From the NCBI GenBank assembly GCA_965218425.1, contig OZ244621.1:1184001-1248000 (forward strand): a stretch of DNA of 64,000 bases. The letters are read 5' to 3'. The notes beneath the pieces are model-generated. The model was not told the origin of the DNA. It did not search any database and saw nothing but the letters and a program-made list of their open reading frames with translations. Of the stretch, positions 49,960 through 60,959 are shown piece by piece; the first letter of the stretch is position 1; the number at the start of each line of letters is the position of its first letter. The stretch is from an uncultured Candidatus Binatia bacterium (GTDB lineage: Bacteria > Desulfobacterota > Binatia > UBA9968 > CAXXLF01). The translations under genes were made by a program, and so were the position numbers.

Positions 49960-50826
49960 CTACTTTGTCGCTGCCCGTGCCAGGGCCTTCTGCAGAACCC
50001 TACGTGCGAGCACCTCTGCTACCTGTCGGCGATAATCGCCGCTGGCATGGATGTCTGAATCTGGATCGAGCTCTTGCACGGCCCGGGCTGCGGCCTCACG
50101 GAACAGACTCTCTTGCGGTCGCTCGCTTTCTAGGAGCTTTTCCGCGTTGGTTGAGCGATGCGGCTTTGCCCCGGTAAACCCAAGGCGTGCTTCCTGGATG
50201 GATCCACCCTTATCTAAACTTAAAAGCCCAGCCACACCCATCAGAGCAAAGTCGCCATGACGTCGACTAAGCTCTTCAAATGCCCATCCACTACCCGGCG
50301 GTAACGGCGGCACTTCAATTTCCACCAAGAGTTCGCCTGGCTGGAGCTCCGTTTCCATACAGCCGAAGAAAAAATCTTCAGCCCGCACCAGTCGCTCGGT
50401 TTTGCTGCTGCGGAGTTTTAGAATCGCATCGAGAACGATCATGACGAGAGGAAGTTCGGCTGAGGGAAAGGCGTGAGCCAGGCTTCCACCCACAGTCCCT
50501 CGCGTGCGAATCTGTACATGTCCAATATAACTTGTAGCCTCCGCCAGAAGAGACCAGCCACTTCCAACTGCGCTAGAGCGCTCCAGCTCCCGTTGTCGCG
50601 TCATAGCGCCGATTCGCAGTTTGTCTCCGTCCACCCGAATATAGCTCAGGCCGTTTACACGATTGAGATCAATGAGATGCGCTGGTCGTGCCAGTCGAAA
50701 GTTCATCATTGGGACGAGGCTCTGTCCCCCCGCCAAGGCTCTGCCGTCTTCCCCGTACTGTGCCAACAACTCCAGCGCCCCGGACAGAGTCGTGGGATTG
50801 TGATATTCAAAAACTGCCGGTTTCAC
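49960..50826 (-). CDS. FAD subunit of a Mo-hydroxylase (CoxM-like)
   Basis: MKPA.FEY, AGGQSL.P, IRTRGTVGGS, RRHGDFA. Confidence 0.95.
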   Translation of the reverse strand: MKPAVFEYHNPTTLSGALELLAQYGEDGRALAGGQSLVPMMNFRLARPAHLIDLNRVNGLSYIRVDGDKLRIGAMTRQRELERSSAVGSGWSLLAEATSYIGHVQIRTRGTVGGSLAHAFPSAELPLVMIVLDAILKLRSSKTERLVRAEDFFFGCMETELQPGELLVEIEVPPLPPGSGWAFEELSRRHGDFALMGVAGLLSLDKGGSIQEARLGFTGAKPHRSTNAEKLLESERPQESLFREAAARAVQELDPDSDIHASGDYRRQVAEVLARRVLQKALARAATK

Positions 50827-50906
50827 TCGATCTGCTCCTTATTGATTACGGGGATCATACCCCCTCCGGATTCCATCTGTGCTCGACACCATTATCATCA
50901 CACTAC

Positions 50907-53222
50907 TCAACCTTTTATTCTTTCACCTGGGTGTTTTGCCATTTCCAAGACATACTCCGGTTTCAATGGTAGGCGCGTTACCTCGGTGCCCAGAGCGTCT
51001 GAGACAGCATTGGCGATGGCGCCCCCAACTGCCACGATGCCCCCTTCACCGGCTCCTTTTACCCCAAGCGGATTGAGTGGAGAGGGCGAATCTTCCGTCA
51101 AAAGCAGATCAAAATGGGGCACCTCCATAGCCGTTGGCAGCAGATAGTCCATGAAGCTCGTTGCCAACGCCTGGCCATCGTCTCCGTAGGCAAATTCTTC
51201 GAATAAGGCGCCCCCAATTCCTTGAGCGGCTCCTCCCACCATCTGCCCTGCCACGAGCATAGGGTTAATCACCCTCCCCACATCCTGCGCGACCAAATAT
51301 TTTTTAAGCTGAACAAACCCGGTTTCTCGGTCCACTTCCACCATCGCGACATGGGCGCCGTAGGAAAAAGGCCGGTCACCGGTGCCAGAAAAATACGCTG
51401 TCTCGGAGATACCCGGGTCAACACCCTGCTTTAGAGCTAAGTTAGGCGCGGCAATGCGGGCGATTTCAGCGAGACTTATGGACTTTTCGGTTACGCCACG
51501 GACGGCAATCAAACCATGTTCGAGCACCAGATCATGGGACTCTATCTCAAAGTAAGTTGCCCCTAGGCTTAGGAGTTTTTCTTTGACTTTCCTTGCGGCA
51601 AGGAAAGCAGCGCTTCCAGCCATAACCACAGTCCGGCTAGCATGGGTTCCCATGCCAAAGGGTACCAAATCGGTATCGCCATGGACCACGCGAATTTCCT
51701 CAGGGGAGACCTTTAGTTCATCAGCAACAATTTGACTGAGGATGGTCTCTACACCCTGGCCCAGATTGGCGCACCCTGCGTAAATAAGGATTTTGCCCTT
51801 GGAGTCGATTTCAATCCGAGCGTACTCCCATGGGCTCCGGCCAACAGTCTCAACAAAACAGGCTAGACCAATCCCAAGGGCGCGACCCTCGCGCTTCGCA
51901 GCCTCACATGAATCCCTAAGCCCGTAATAGTCAAAGCGCGCCAGGGTCTTTTCAAAATGTTCAGGGAAGTTACCGCTATCGTACACTACTTTGTGAAAGG
52001 GGTGGGGACCCACATCGTAGGGCATCTGGTCAGCCTGTACAAAATTCCGCCGTCGCACCTCCGCTGGGTCAATCCCGAGCCGACGGGCAATTGAATCCAT
52101 CACTCGTTCGCGGACAAAAGCACCTTCATATCGACCCGGGCCACGGTAGGTACCCACGGGTGTCTTGTTGGTTAACACACACGAAACCCGGCAGCGGTAG
52201 TTCCCAACCCGGTAAGGACCCCGCAACACGGCCGAGCCCGAGATTGCCGGGACACCCCCGTGGGTCCGAGTGTACGCGCCCATGTCAAAAAGCAGCTCGT
52301 CCTCAAGGGCCAAGATCGTACCGTCGCAATTGATCGCCACTTTTACACGATGCCATTGTTCCCGGGCCTGGTTCATAGCGATGAGATTCTCGCGGCGGTC
52401 TTCTATCCAGCAGACAGGCCTCTGCAAACGCACGGCAAGGAACGGAATAAGGTAATCTTCAGGATAAAACTCGCCGCGTGCGCCAAACCCGCCACCAATG
52501 TCGGGTTCGATTAAGTGAATTGAACTCTCGGGTAGATCCAGGAGCCCGGCCAGAATTTGGCGATTTTTATGAACGACTTTGGTCTGTCCCCATACGGTGA
52601 GCACCTGCAGGCCTTCATCAAACTGAGCCACAAGCCCCCTGGTCTCAAGCGGCACAGCACCGTGGCGCTGGATATAATACTCCTCATCAAAGACCTCATC
52701 CGCGTCGGCCATGGCACTATCCACATTCCCCACGTTCACTTCGAAATGTGCAGGCACATTGTTCTTGAGATCCTCGTGAAGAATTGGAGCACCCTCACTC
52801 ATGGCATCTCGGGTATCAGTAGCCGCGCCTAGAGGCTCATACTCAAAATCGATCAGCTCAACCCCGTCTTCCGCTAAATAGCGATTCGCAGCCACCACAA
52901 CGGCCACAGGCTCACCCACGTAACGGACTCTATCCTTGGCGAGAGGAGTTTGAAGGCAACGTTCAAGTCCCTCGATCTCTCCTGTCCGCATGGGGATTGG
53001 CTTTGCACCCGCAATATCATCACACGTCAGAACACAAACCACGCCCGAAAGTTTAGCGGCCCTTTCCGTATCGAGTTTCACTATTCGCGCGTGGGCACAT
53101 GGACTTCGAAAGATGGCGGCGTGCAACATGTGCGGACGCTTGAGATCAGCTACAAACCTCGCGACTCCCCGCAGGAACCTAAGATCCTCACTGCGCTTGA
53201 CTCTCGCACCAATATAAGCCAT
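50907..53222 (-). CDS. Xanthine-dehydrogenase-family molybdopterin subunit (CoxL-like, not form I CODH)
   Basis: IGGGFGARGE, VGTYRGPGR, GQG, GVKGAGEGG. Confidence 0.95.
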   Translation of the reverse strand: MAYIGARVKRSEDLRFLRGVARFVADLKRPHMLHAAIFRSPCAHARIVKLDTERAAKLSGVVCVLTCDDIAGAKPIPMRTGEIEGLERCLQTPLAKDRVRYVGEPVAVVVAANRYLAEDGVELIDFEYEPLGAATDTRDAMSEGAPILHEDLKNNVPAHFEVNVGNVDSAMADADEVFDEEYYIQRHGAVPLETRGLVAQFDEGLQVLTVWGQTKVVHKNRQILAGLLDLPESSIHLIEPDIGGGFGARGEFYPEDYLIPFLAVRLQRPVCWIEDRRENLIAMNQAREQWHRVKVAINCDGTILALEDELLFDMGAYTRTHGGVPAISGSAVLRGPYRVGNYRCRVSCVLTNKTPVGTYRGPGRYEGAFVRERVMDSIARRLGIDPAEVRRRNFVQADQMPYDVGPHPFHKVVYDSGNFPEHFEKTLARFDYYGLRDSCEAAKREGRALGIGLACFVETVGRSPWEYARIEIDSKGKILIYAGCANLGQGVETILSQIVADELKVSPEEIRVVHGDTDLVPFGMGTHASRTVVMAGSAAFLAARKVKEKLLSLGATYFEIESHDLVLEHGLIAVRGVTEKSISLAEIARIAAPNLALKQGVDPGISETAYFSGTGDRPFSYGAHVAMVEVDRETGFVQLKKYLVAQDVGRVINPMLVAGQMVGGAAQGIGGALFEEFAYGDDGQALATSFMDYLLPTAMEVPHFDLLLTEDSPSPLNPLGVKGAGEGGIVAVGGAIANAVSDALGTEVTRLPLKPEYVLEMAKHPGERIKG

Positions 53223-53309
53223 CGAACCGGCTCTTCTAATCAGCTCCCACTGGACAATGAGTCCCAGTCAAATTGAAATCATCTTGCATCTGACCCAATC
53301 CGCGCAAAG

Positions 53310-54155
53310 TCAACTTCCTCTCAGAACATAACTCACGCTAATCCGTTCGGCCTGATAAAAATGTTCAAGAAAATCGTCCGTGCTCGCATAACTCCGTCTA
53401 GGTACCAACCTCCCGGGAAAAGTGATATTTAGTGGGTCCTTGTTGAAGGGATACGGACGGACGATTGCACCTGTTCGGTCCAAAGCATCGAAAGTAATCG
53501 TCGTGTCATCTCGACCAGGACCCACTGGCACCGAAGCGTCGTTGAGAGTCACAGTGGGCCGATTGCGTCGACCCGATCTGTCCAAAGGATAGTGGTTGCA
53601 TAAAAACTGTCCCATTAGGTCAAAGATTTCCATGAGTTCAAAATTGATGCCGATCTGCTCCTCGGTGGCGAATTCCGCATACATCTCGGATTGACGGAGC
53701 TCACTCAGTAAGCCCTGTCGCACCCCTTCTTGGTGGTGAATATACTCCCGCACGCGAGGATCATCGGTGCGATCGTGAAGATACTTGAACCGGCCATAGC
53801 CAGCATTCAATAGTCCCACATTGTGCATCAGGACTATCAGACCGGCATAGGGATCCAGCTCGGCCACACGCTGAACTCCGCGCTTTGTAGCGGTGAGCCG
53901 TTGTACACCCAAATATTTGAGAGTGCCATCGTGGTAGTCGAGGGGATAACCATCGCTATTCAACGTTGATGGCTTGACCTCCCATTCCCACCAACCATTG
54001 TCGTGCTCTTGAGCCGCCAGTACCATCGAGGCATACGGCCTGGGTCGTGAAAATAAATCGTTTCCCCATTGCGCAGCCAAATGGCCCGCCACACGCGAAT
54101 GATCTATTTGGAGGACAAGCAAAAGTTGTGAACTGCCATACTCCGATACCATCAT
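53310..54155 (-). CDS. DUF3891 family protein (paralog of 38316..39173)
   Basis: QIDHSRVAG, EHDNGWWEWE, DPYAGL, VRPYPF. Confidence 0.82.
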   Translation of the reverse strand: MMVSEYGSSQLLLVLQIDHSRVAGHLAAQWGNDLFSRPRPYASMVLAAQEHDNGWWEWEVKPSTLNSDGYPLDYHDGTLKYLGVQRLTATKRGVQRVAELDPYAGLIVLMHNVGLLNAGYGRFKYLHDRTDDPRVREYIHHQEGVRQGLLSELRQSEMYAEFATEEQIGINFELMEIFDLMGQFLCNHYPLDRSGRRNRPTVTLNDASVPVGPGRDDTTITFDALDRTGAIVRPYPFNKDPLNITFPGRLVPRRSYASTDDFLEHFYQAERISVSYVLRGS

Positions 54156-54347
54156 GGGCAGATCCCTCTTAAATTAATCATCCATCCTCGGTTATCCGCT
54201 TCAGAGGCATTTTCAAATTTGATTCGTTGTGCCTCACCTGGTGCACCCCACAGCACACTGGCGAAATCATACGGCCTTTTATGAGCGTTAATTGCCCTGC
54301 CCGGAACTAGGGACCCGACGCCGAGACATCAACGGCTCAGGAGCCAC

Positions 54348-56663
54348 TCAAACCCGTGCTCTTTCCCGCCCATGCTTCGAAATTTGTAACACATATTCCG
54401 GTTTCAAGGGTAGCCGGGTCACCTCAGCCCCCAAAGCGTCCGAAACAGCGTTGGCGATAGCGCCCCCAACTGCCACGATGCCCCCTTCACCGGCTCCTTT
54501 TACCCCAAGCGGATTGAGGGGAGAAGGCGCATCCTCTGTCAACAGCAGCTCGATATTGGGCACCTCCATAGCCGTTGGTATCAGATAGTCCATAAAGCTC
54601 GTTGCCAACGCCTGGCCATCGGTACCATAAACAAATTCTTCCAATAAGGCTCCTCCGATTCCCTGAGCGGCTCCGCCAACCATCTGGCCCTCTACGAGCA
54701 TTGGGTTAATTACCCGCCCAACATCCTGAGCAACCAGGTATTTTTTAATCTCCACAAACCCGGTCTCTCGGTCAACTTCCACGATTGCAATGTGGACACC
54801 GTAGGGAAAAGGCCTATCGTCAGGACCAGAAAAAAACGCGGCCTCCGAGATGCCGGGGTCAACACCATATTTTAGCGCCAGGTGCGGCACTGTCATACGG
54901 GCGATTTCTGCGAGGCTTATGGATCTTTCAATAGCGCCCCGAACTGTAACTGATCCGTGTGCGAGCATGAGGTCGCCGGGCTCTATCTCAAAATGGATAG
55001 CCCCCAGATGTAAGAGCTTATCTTTGACCTTCCTTGCGGCTAACGCAGCCGCGTTACCGGCCGTAATTGCAGTCCGGCTGGCATGTGTTCCCATTCCATA
55101 GGGCACCAAATCGGTATCACCATGGATCACACGAATGTCCTCAGGGGAAACCTGAAGCTCGTCGGCAACAATCTGACTGAGAACCGTTTCCACGCCCTGG
55201 CCCAGATTAGCGCACCCCGTGTATAAAAGAATCTTGCCCCAGGAGTCGATTTCGATCCGAGCGTATTCCCATGGGCTGCCACCAACCGACTCGACGTAGC
55301 AGGCCAGACCAATTCCTATGGCACGACCACTATGCTTCGCAGCCTCACATGAAGCCTTAGCCCCTGAATAGTCGACACGCGTCAGGGCAGTTTCAAATTG
55401 ATGGGGGAAGTCACCGCTGTCGTATACGACTTTGTGTGTGGGGTGAGGACCAACATCATACGGCATCTGATCAGCCGGGACGAAATTCCGCCTGCGCACC
55501 TCCGCCGGATCGAGTCCGAGCCGACGGGCAACCGAGTCCATCACTCTTTCACGTACAAACGTACCTTCATATCTACCCGGACTACGGTAAGTGCCCACCG
55601 GCGTCTTGTTAGTTAACACACACGAAATCCGGCACTGGTAGTTCTTGATACGGTAAGGCCCTCGTAACACCGACGAGCCAGAAAGGATAGGCGTGGTCCC
55701 ATTGGTCCGAGTGTATGCACCCATGTCAAAATGAAGCTCGTCCTCCAGCGCCAGAACCGTACCGTCGCGCTTGATGCCTATTTTTACTCGATGCCACTGC
55801 TCTCTTGACTGGTTCATGGCAATGAGATTTTCACGGCGGTCTTCTATCCAGCAGATCGGCCTCTGCAAGCGCATGGTAAGGAAGGGGATAAGGTAGTCTT
55901 CCGGATAGATTTCGCCGCGGGCGCCAAACCCGCCACCCACATCGGGTTCAATAAGGTGAATCGAACTCTCCGGCAAGTTTAAAAGGTCCGCCAAAATTTG
56001 GCGGTTGATATGGACAATTTTGGTAGGTCCCCAAACGTTAAGCACCTGCCGGCTGTCATCAAAATCAGCTATTAGCCCCCTGGTCTCAAGGGGGACACCA
56101 CCGTGGCGTTGGATGTAATATTCCTCCTCGAACACCTCATCAGCCTCGGCCATTGCACTGTTCACATCCCCCACGTTCACTTCAAGATGTGCCGGCACAT
56201 TGTTCTCGAGACTCTCGTGAAGAATCGGAGCGCCTTTCACCATCGCGTCCCGGGTATCATTAGCTACACCTAGAGGCTCATATTCAAAATCAATCAATTC
56301 CAGTCCATCTTCGGCTACATAGCGGTCCTCGGCCACCACTACGGCGACGGGCTCCCCCGCGTACCGAACCTTATCCTTTGCCAGAGGGGTTTGAAGACAC
56401 CGCTCGAGTCCTTTGATCTCCCCTATTCGCATTGGGATCGGCTTCACACCGGCAATATCAGCGAAGGTGAGAATACAAACGACTCCGGGAAGCCTGGAGG
56501 CCTTGTCCGTATCGATTCTAATAATTCGCGCATGGGCACATGGGCTTCGAAAAATTGCAGCGTGCAACATCTGCGGGCGGCTGAGATCAGCCACAAACTT
56601 TGCCACGCCGCGCAGAAATCTAAGATCTTCACTCCGTTTGACTCTTGCACCGATATAAGCCAT
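54348..56663 (-). CDS. Xanthine-dehydrogenase-family molybdopterin subunit (close paralog of 50907..53222)
   Basis: Same length (771 aa), VGGGFGARGE, VGTYRSPGR, GVKGAGEGG. Confidence 0.95.
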   Translation of the reverse strand: MAYIGARVKRSEDLRFLRGVAKFVADLSRPQMLHAAIFRSPCAHARIIRIDTDKASRLPGVVCILTFADIAGVKPIPMRIGEIKGLERCLQTPLAKDKVRYAGEPVAVVVAEDRYVAEDGLELIDFEYEPLGVANDTRDAMVKGAPILHESLENNVPAHLEVNVGDVNSAMAEADEVFEEEYYIQRHGGVPLETRGLIADFDDSRQVLNVWGPTKIVHINRQILADLLNLPESSIHLIEPDVGGGFGARGEIYPEDYLIPFLTMRLQRPICWIEDRRENLIAMNQSREQWHRVKIGIKRDGTVLALEDELHFDMGAYTRTNGTTPILSGSSVLRGPYRIKNYQCRISCVLTNKTPVGTYRSPGRYEGTFVRERVMDSVARRLGLDPAEVRRRNFVPADQMPYDVGPHPTHKVVYDSGDFPHQFETALTRVDYSGAKASCEAAKHSGRAIGIGLACYVESVGGSPWEYARIEIDSWGKILLYTGCANLGQGVETVLSQIVADELQVSPEDIRVIHGDTDLVPYGMGTHASRTAITAGNAAALAARKVKDKLLHLGAIHFEIEPGDLMLAHGSVTVRGAIERSISLAEIARMTVPHLALKYGVDPGISEAAFFSGPDDRPFPYGVHIAIVEVDRETGFVEIKKYLVAQDVGRVINPMLVEGQMVGGAAQGIGGALLEEFVYGTDGQALATSFMDYLIPTAMEVPNIELLLTEDAPSPLNPLGVKGAGEGGIVAVGGAIANAVSDALGAEVTRLPLKPEYVLQISKHGRERARV

Positions 56664-56708
56664 CAGGCCAACACCTCGAACTAACTCGAACGACCCTATG
56701 AACTCTAG

Positions 56709-57768
56709 TTAGTCTGCAGCAGCCCAGAGCACTCGGTCGGCCGCAAGCTGGATATCTAACTCCTGCCAGCTTTCACCTGTATCCCGGCTGACCAGAATCT
56801 TACCCGCGCCCCCAGCCCCAGCCGCCGGCCCACGAGCCACCTCACCAAGGCCAGCGAACACCGCGTTGGGATCGTGCGGGTGATGGACCAGAGCCCAAAA
56901 CATGGGATCAAGATTCTCCGGCAGGCCATGAGTCACCCGTTGCCAAGAGTTGGCGCAGTCCAGACTTCGGAACAGAGCCGCCCGTGCCCCATGGCGGCCG
57001 TCACGGGCCCAGTATCCGGGCGACTTGTCGGCTGTTGCGAGCAGCATAGTCGGGTCCTTGCCCCCTTTGGATGGCGGCAAGAAGAGGAAGTCATGGAAGT
57101 AGTCCCTCGTGAGGCCATTTTCCGCGCGCCTCCAACCTTGCGCAGGATCGTTACTGGCCGAAGAAGCCGCGTGCGCTCGTTACAAAGTAGCGATCGAAGC
57201 GCCGTGGCAAGCTGGAGAGCACATGAATGTCGACGTAATCGATCCCTCCTGTTACATCCTCCCAAGTCTTGCCACGGTCCAAGCTACGAACGATCCCTCC
57301 ATGCTCGATACAGAGATAGACCGTCTTCGGATCATCCGGATGAATAAACATGTTTCTCACGTGCCCGTGGTGAGGGGCTACAGGGTGCCACCACTTTTGA
57401 CGCACCTCCTCAGATAGCTCATGTAGCGAATCGAGATCTTCCCAGCTACTGCCGCCATCCTCGCTGCGGTATACTCCCACCGGTTCAATTCCAGCATAGA
57501 CCACATCTTCTGCTGTGGGGTCGAGGGTGACCGCCCGGATGTCGCCATTGAGCACTTTGCCCCAATTTTTGCCTCCATCATCAGTCCGGTAAAGACCATC
57601 ATGGGTAAGCCCCACAAACACACGTTGCGGTCGGTGGCGGCAGCCGACAATCGAGTCAATGATACCGTCTCGAAAGCTTTGAGCGAATTCTCCCCAACCA
57701 TCGTTTTTCGACTGCCAAACCATCAATCCGTGTTGAGTACCGGCGTAAAGACGGACGTTCTCGTTCAT
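56709..57768 (-). pseudogene. BNR/Asp-box beta-propeller protein, frameshifted near 57160
   Basis: Repeated S.DGG..W Asp-boxes split across ORFs 57151..57768 and 56709..57080. Confidence 0.75.
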
Positions 57769-57837
57769 GGCGTGAATCCTCCTACAGGGACGATTTCAGC
57801 TTAAAAAGGCATCTCCCTGTCCCTAAATCTCTACTCA

Positions 57838-59729
57838 TCAGTCCAGTTGACTCCACTCCTTGAATTCCTCCAGCCCTAACTTCGCCAAGGTGTCCATGAA
57901 TGGACGCCCCGTTTTCTCATGTCTGCCGGACACGCGATGGTAGTCATGACCATGCCGGGAAGCCATTTGGCGATAGTAAAGCCCTTAAATTTGCCATCGG
58001 GGATGGGTTCCAGAAACCTGGGACCCACGTTCGTCCAATCCTGCTCCGCAATCCAACCTCTCTGGGTTTCGAACAGGCTCTGAAGAATCGCACTTCGGTG
58101 TCCTGCCTCCAAGGCCTCGTTCATATCAAAGTTCCAACCGGTGGTTGCATTGAACGAGCCAATAACGCTGTTTAGACCGTCAGGCTTATTTTGCATCTGG
58201 GCAAACCAGCATCCACCGATGATGCCGCAGAACTGCCGATATCGCTCTGAAAGGGTTTGCGACCATGCCCATCCAGTGGGGTCGTCCCGCTTCAACGGGC
58301 CCCATTTCTCTCTATCTTTCAGATCTGGAGGCGGATTTGAGTACCCACCCCCCTGGGGCTTCATTCCACCACTAGAAACAAGCTGGCGCAGCATTTGGCC
58401 GATATCGGACCGCCAATCATGCAGAGCAGGAGTCCCTCTTTTTGTATGAACCACTCAGGTCGGAGCGTCACCTCCTATGGCTTCGGCAACCTTCGTGGGA
58501 CCGTCAGCCAACAGGTTTCCCCATCGACCTTCCCGACGAGCTGCCATATCCAGGAGTCGATCCACCGTATCAACATTGCCCCATTCAAGCTTGAGACCAT
58601 CGGTTTGCCCGGGGCCGAGGGCCCCTTTCTCCCAGGCTTCAAACATCACCCCTGCTCCGCAGGAAAAATGGCTGCACTCGATTCCGAGATCATTGATTTT
58701 TTCCGCCAGGCACAGGACATCGTTGCCCTTGACCCCAAGATTAAAGAAAGTATCGAGCCATTCGCTCCCTGCATTAAAATGGCCCACCACGCCAGACCGT
58801 GAACCCTCTTTAATCTCCACATCCCATGGGCAAAGCCTGGTGCATTGGAAACAAGGCCTAAGGACGAACCGGTTCTGGTCAAAGCCACGACCATGATCCT
58901 CGACCAAAGAACTTCGGTAGTTGTCGTTGGGTATCGCACCCAGATCCACGCCGTGACCCGCTTGCTTCTTTTCTTCTACCCTACGTTGGACCAGAGTGGC
59001 CCTCCATCTAAGTCCAGCCTCGATCAGCCTCGCTTTGTCATAGAGCGGAGGCCGCTTTGTCCCGCAAACCACAATTGCTTTGAGCTTCTTGGCACCGAAA
59101 ACCGCTCCCCCACTGTGGGCGGCATTGTGATTGTAGTCATTGACCAGCATGGCGGCATGGTTGAGATTCTCACCAGCGGGACCGATGCACATGACCTTTG
59201 CATCGTTTAACCCCACCTCCTCTCGCAGAAGATCCTCCGTAGCTCTCGCCCCTTTGCCCCATACCCTTTCAGCGTCTCTGAGTTCGGATTTTCCATCGTT
59301 GATGAAAAGGTAAGTCGGTCTACTAGCGACTCCTTCGATAATGATCCCGTCGTATCCTGCGGCTTTAAGTAGGTGGCCCAAAAGCCGCTCGCTGCCCCAC
59401 GGCCCAGCGTGTTGTCCGTCAGGGAACTCAGGTAGACCGCTGTCATTTTCGTCCCCCCCCGGGGTAAGACCAGTTCCAGTGATGGGACCGGTCATCATGA
59501 CCACCTTGTTCTCCGGTCCAAATGCCGTTGCGTCCAACGGCAATTCTCTGAGCAAGATGTAGCTTGCTAGGGATTGTCCCCCGATGAATTTTCGCAGTAA
59601 CGGCTCCTCCGGCAGGTTTTCGTCCGTCAGAATCCCAGAGGTCAGATCGACCCGGAGAATCTTGCCCATATACCCGCCGGGCAAATTGGTTACCCGTTGA
59701 CGAGGGAAAAGCTCATGGGAGTCTGCCAT
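57838..59729 (-). pseudogene. Aldehyde:ferredoxin oxidoreductase (AOR, W/Mo) pseudogene
   Basis: GYMGKILRVDL, LKAAGYDG, CIGPAGEN, GAVFGAKKLKA; in-frame TGA at 58455-57 and frameshifts near 59460, 59375 and 57935. Confidence 0.85.
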
Positions 59730-59910
59730 ATGGGTTCCTCTTCTTGGGTTAAACCGAGTTGCACCACGGCCCGTTCTGACTCGTAACCCCCTTCGGACGG
59801 ACGATGGCGAGATAAAGCACGAAAAGCTTTCCTTGAATGCCACAACGGCCACCGAGAATGCAGGTTACTGTGGGTAATTGAGTTTCCCCAGCGAACCTCG
59901 AAGCTTAGGG

Positions 59911-60471
59911 TCAGGCCTTCCAATCGTAGTTGAGTGCACCTAAGTCAAACATATATTCTCCACTTGCCCCTGCGCGCGCTACCGTGGCGACATCCTTGAA
60001 ATCCTTCCCACAATAAAGTTCAAACAGATTGCCAGACGGGTCACGGAAGTACATCACAACTTTAACACCGTCACGCGACCACAGATGGTTAGTCGGCACC
60101 CCGTAGCTCTCCAGCCGTTCCTTCATCGGCACCAGGTCCTCTGCCTCAATGAAGAATGCATAGTGCGGATACTCGGCCGAATATCCGGTCCAACCATCTT
60201 TCTGCACAGAGAACCCAAAGTTGATCCCACCAATCCGCACCTCGGCAAATCCTGGATTGCTATGATGAAGAAGCTCGGCCCCCAGAACTTCTGTGAAAAA
60301 ACGTACGGTTTCTTGGACATCGCGGCAAGGAATGCTCACGTGGCTGAAACCAGAAACTTTGGGCCTCTTTATCGTGGAGCTCTTCTCCGAGCCTGATCGA
60401 CTTGAACTGGCATTCACCATAATTAAATGGCCCCTTTCCGGGTTTCTAGTCCCCCAACCAACCTCTTCCAT
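59911..60471 (-). CDS. VOC family protein
   Basis: SHVSIPCRD, PHYAF, YFRDPSGNLFEL. Confidence 0.88.
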   Translation of the reverse strand: MEEVGWGTRNPERGHLIMVNASSSRSGSEKSSTIKRPKVSGFSHVSIPCRDVQETVRFFTEVLGAELLHHSNPGFAEVRIGGINFGFSVQKDGWTGYSAEYPHYAFFIEAEDLVPMKERLESYGVPTNHLWSRDGVKVVMYFRDPSGNLFELYCGKDFKDVATVARAGASGEYMFDLGALNYDWKA

Positions 60472-60959
60472 CGTTTTTATGTTTGCCTCGACCCTTGCTA
60501 AGATTACATCACATCGCTTTTCACAGTCTTGAATTAACGTCTAAATCTGGCAGCTCCCCTCGCCTTCGAAAGGCAGCAAATTCAAAAATGCTGGCGCGGG
60601 ATGAATGGTTCACCATAGTAACCAGAAGTTTCATTTTATAACTCCTGTAACAATCCACTCCAGGTTTGTCAAGTCAAATGTTGTTGGTCCTTAGTCGTTG
60701 GACGGAAATGATTTCAAGCTAATGTATAGGCATCAACCGAGGGGAGGGGGGCTCGAAGCCAGCGTACGCCGCCTGCCATCCCATGAAGACCTCAAATTTC
60801 CTACTTGTAAGAGCGCAGGGACGACCATGACTTCAGAGGTGAGCGCAAGGTGTGCGTTTGGTGGAGTATCCGCAGTTACAACGACGATTAGACTCCGTGT
60901 TCCGCGAATACTTTCGTCCCTAACGTCAACAACTATTTAAGAATCAAAATGCGATAGGA

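Noticed and set aside
49451..56663. Aerobic CO dehydrogenase (coxMSL)
   Set aside because: The large subunits have TYRGPGR/TYRSPGR, not AYxCSFR (form I) or AYRGAGR (form II).
58455..58457. In-frame TGA in AOR as selenocysteine
   Set aside because: The context suggests a Trp codon mutated to a stop, and the same gene has several frameshifts.
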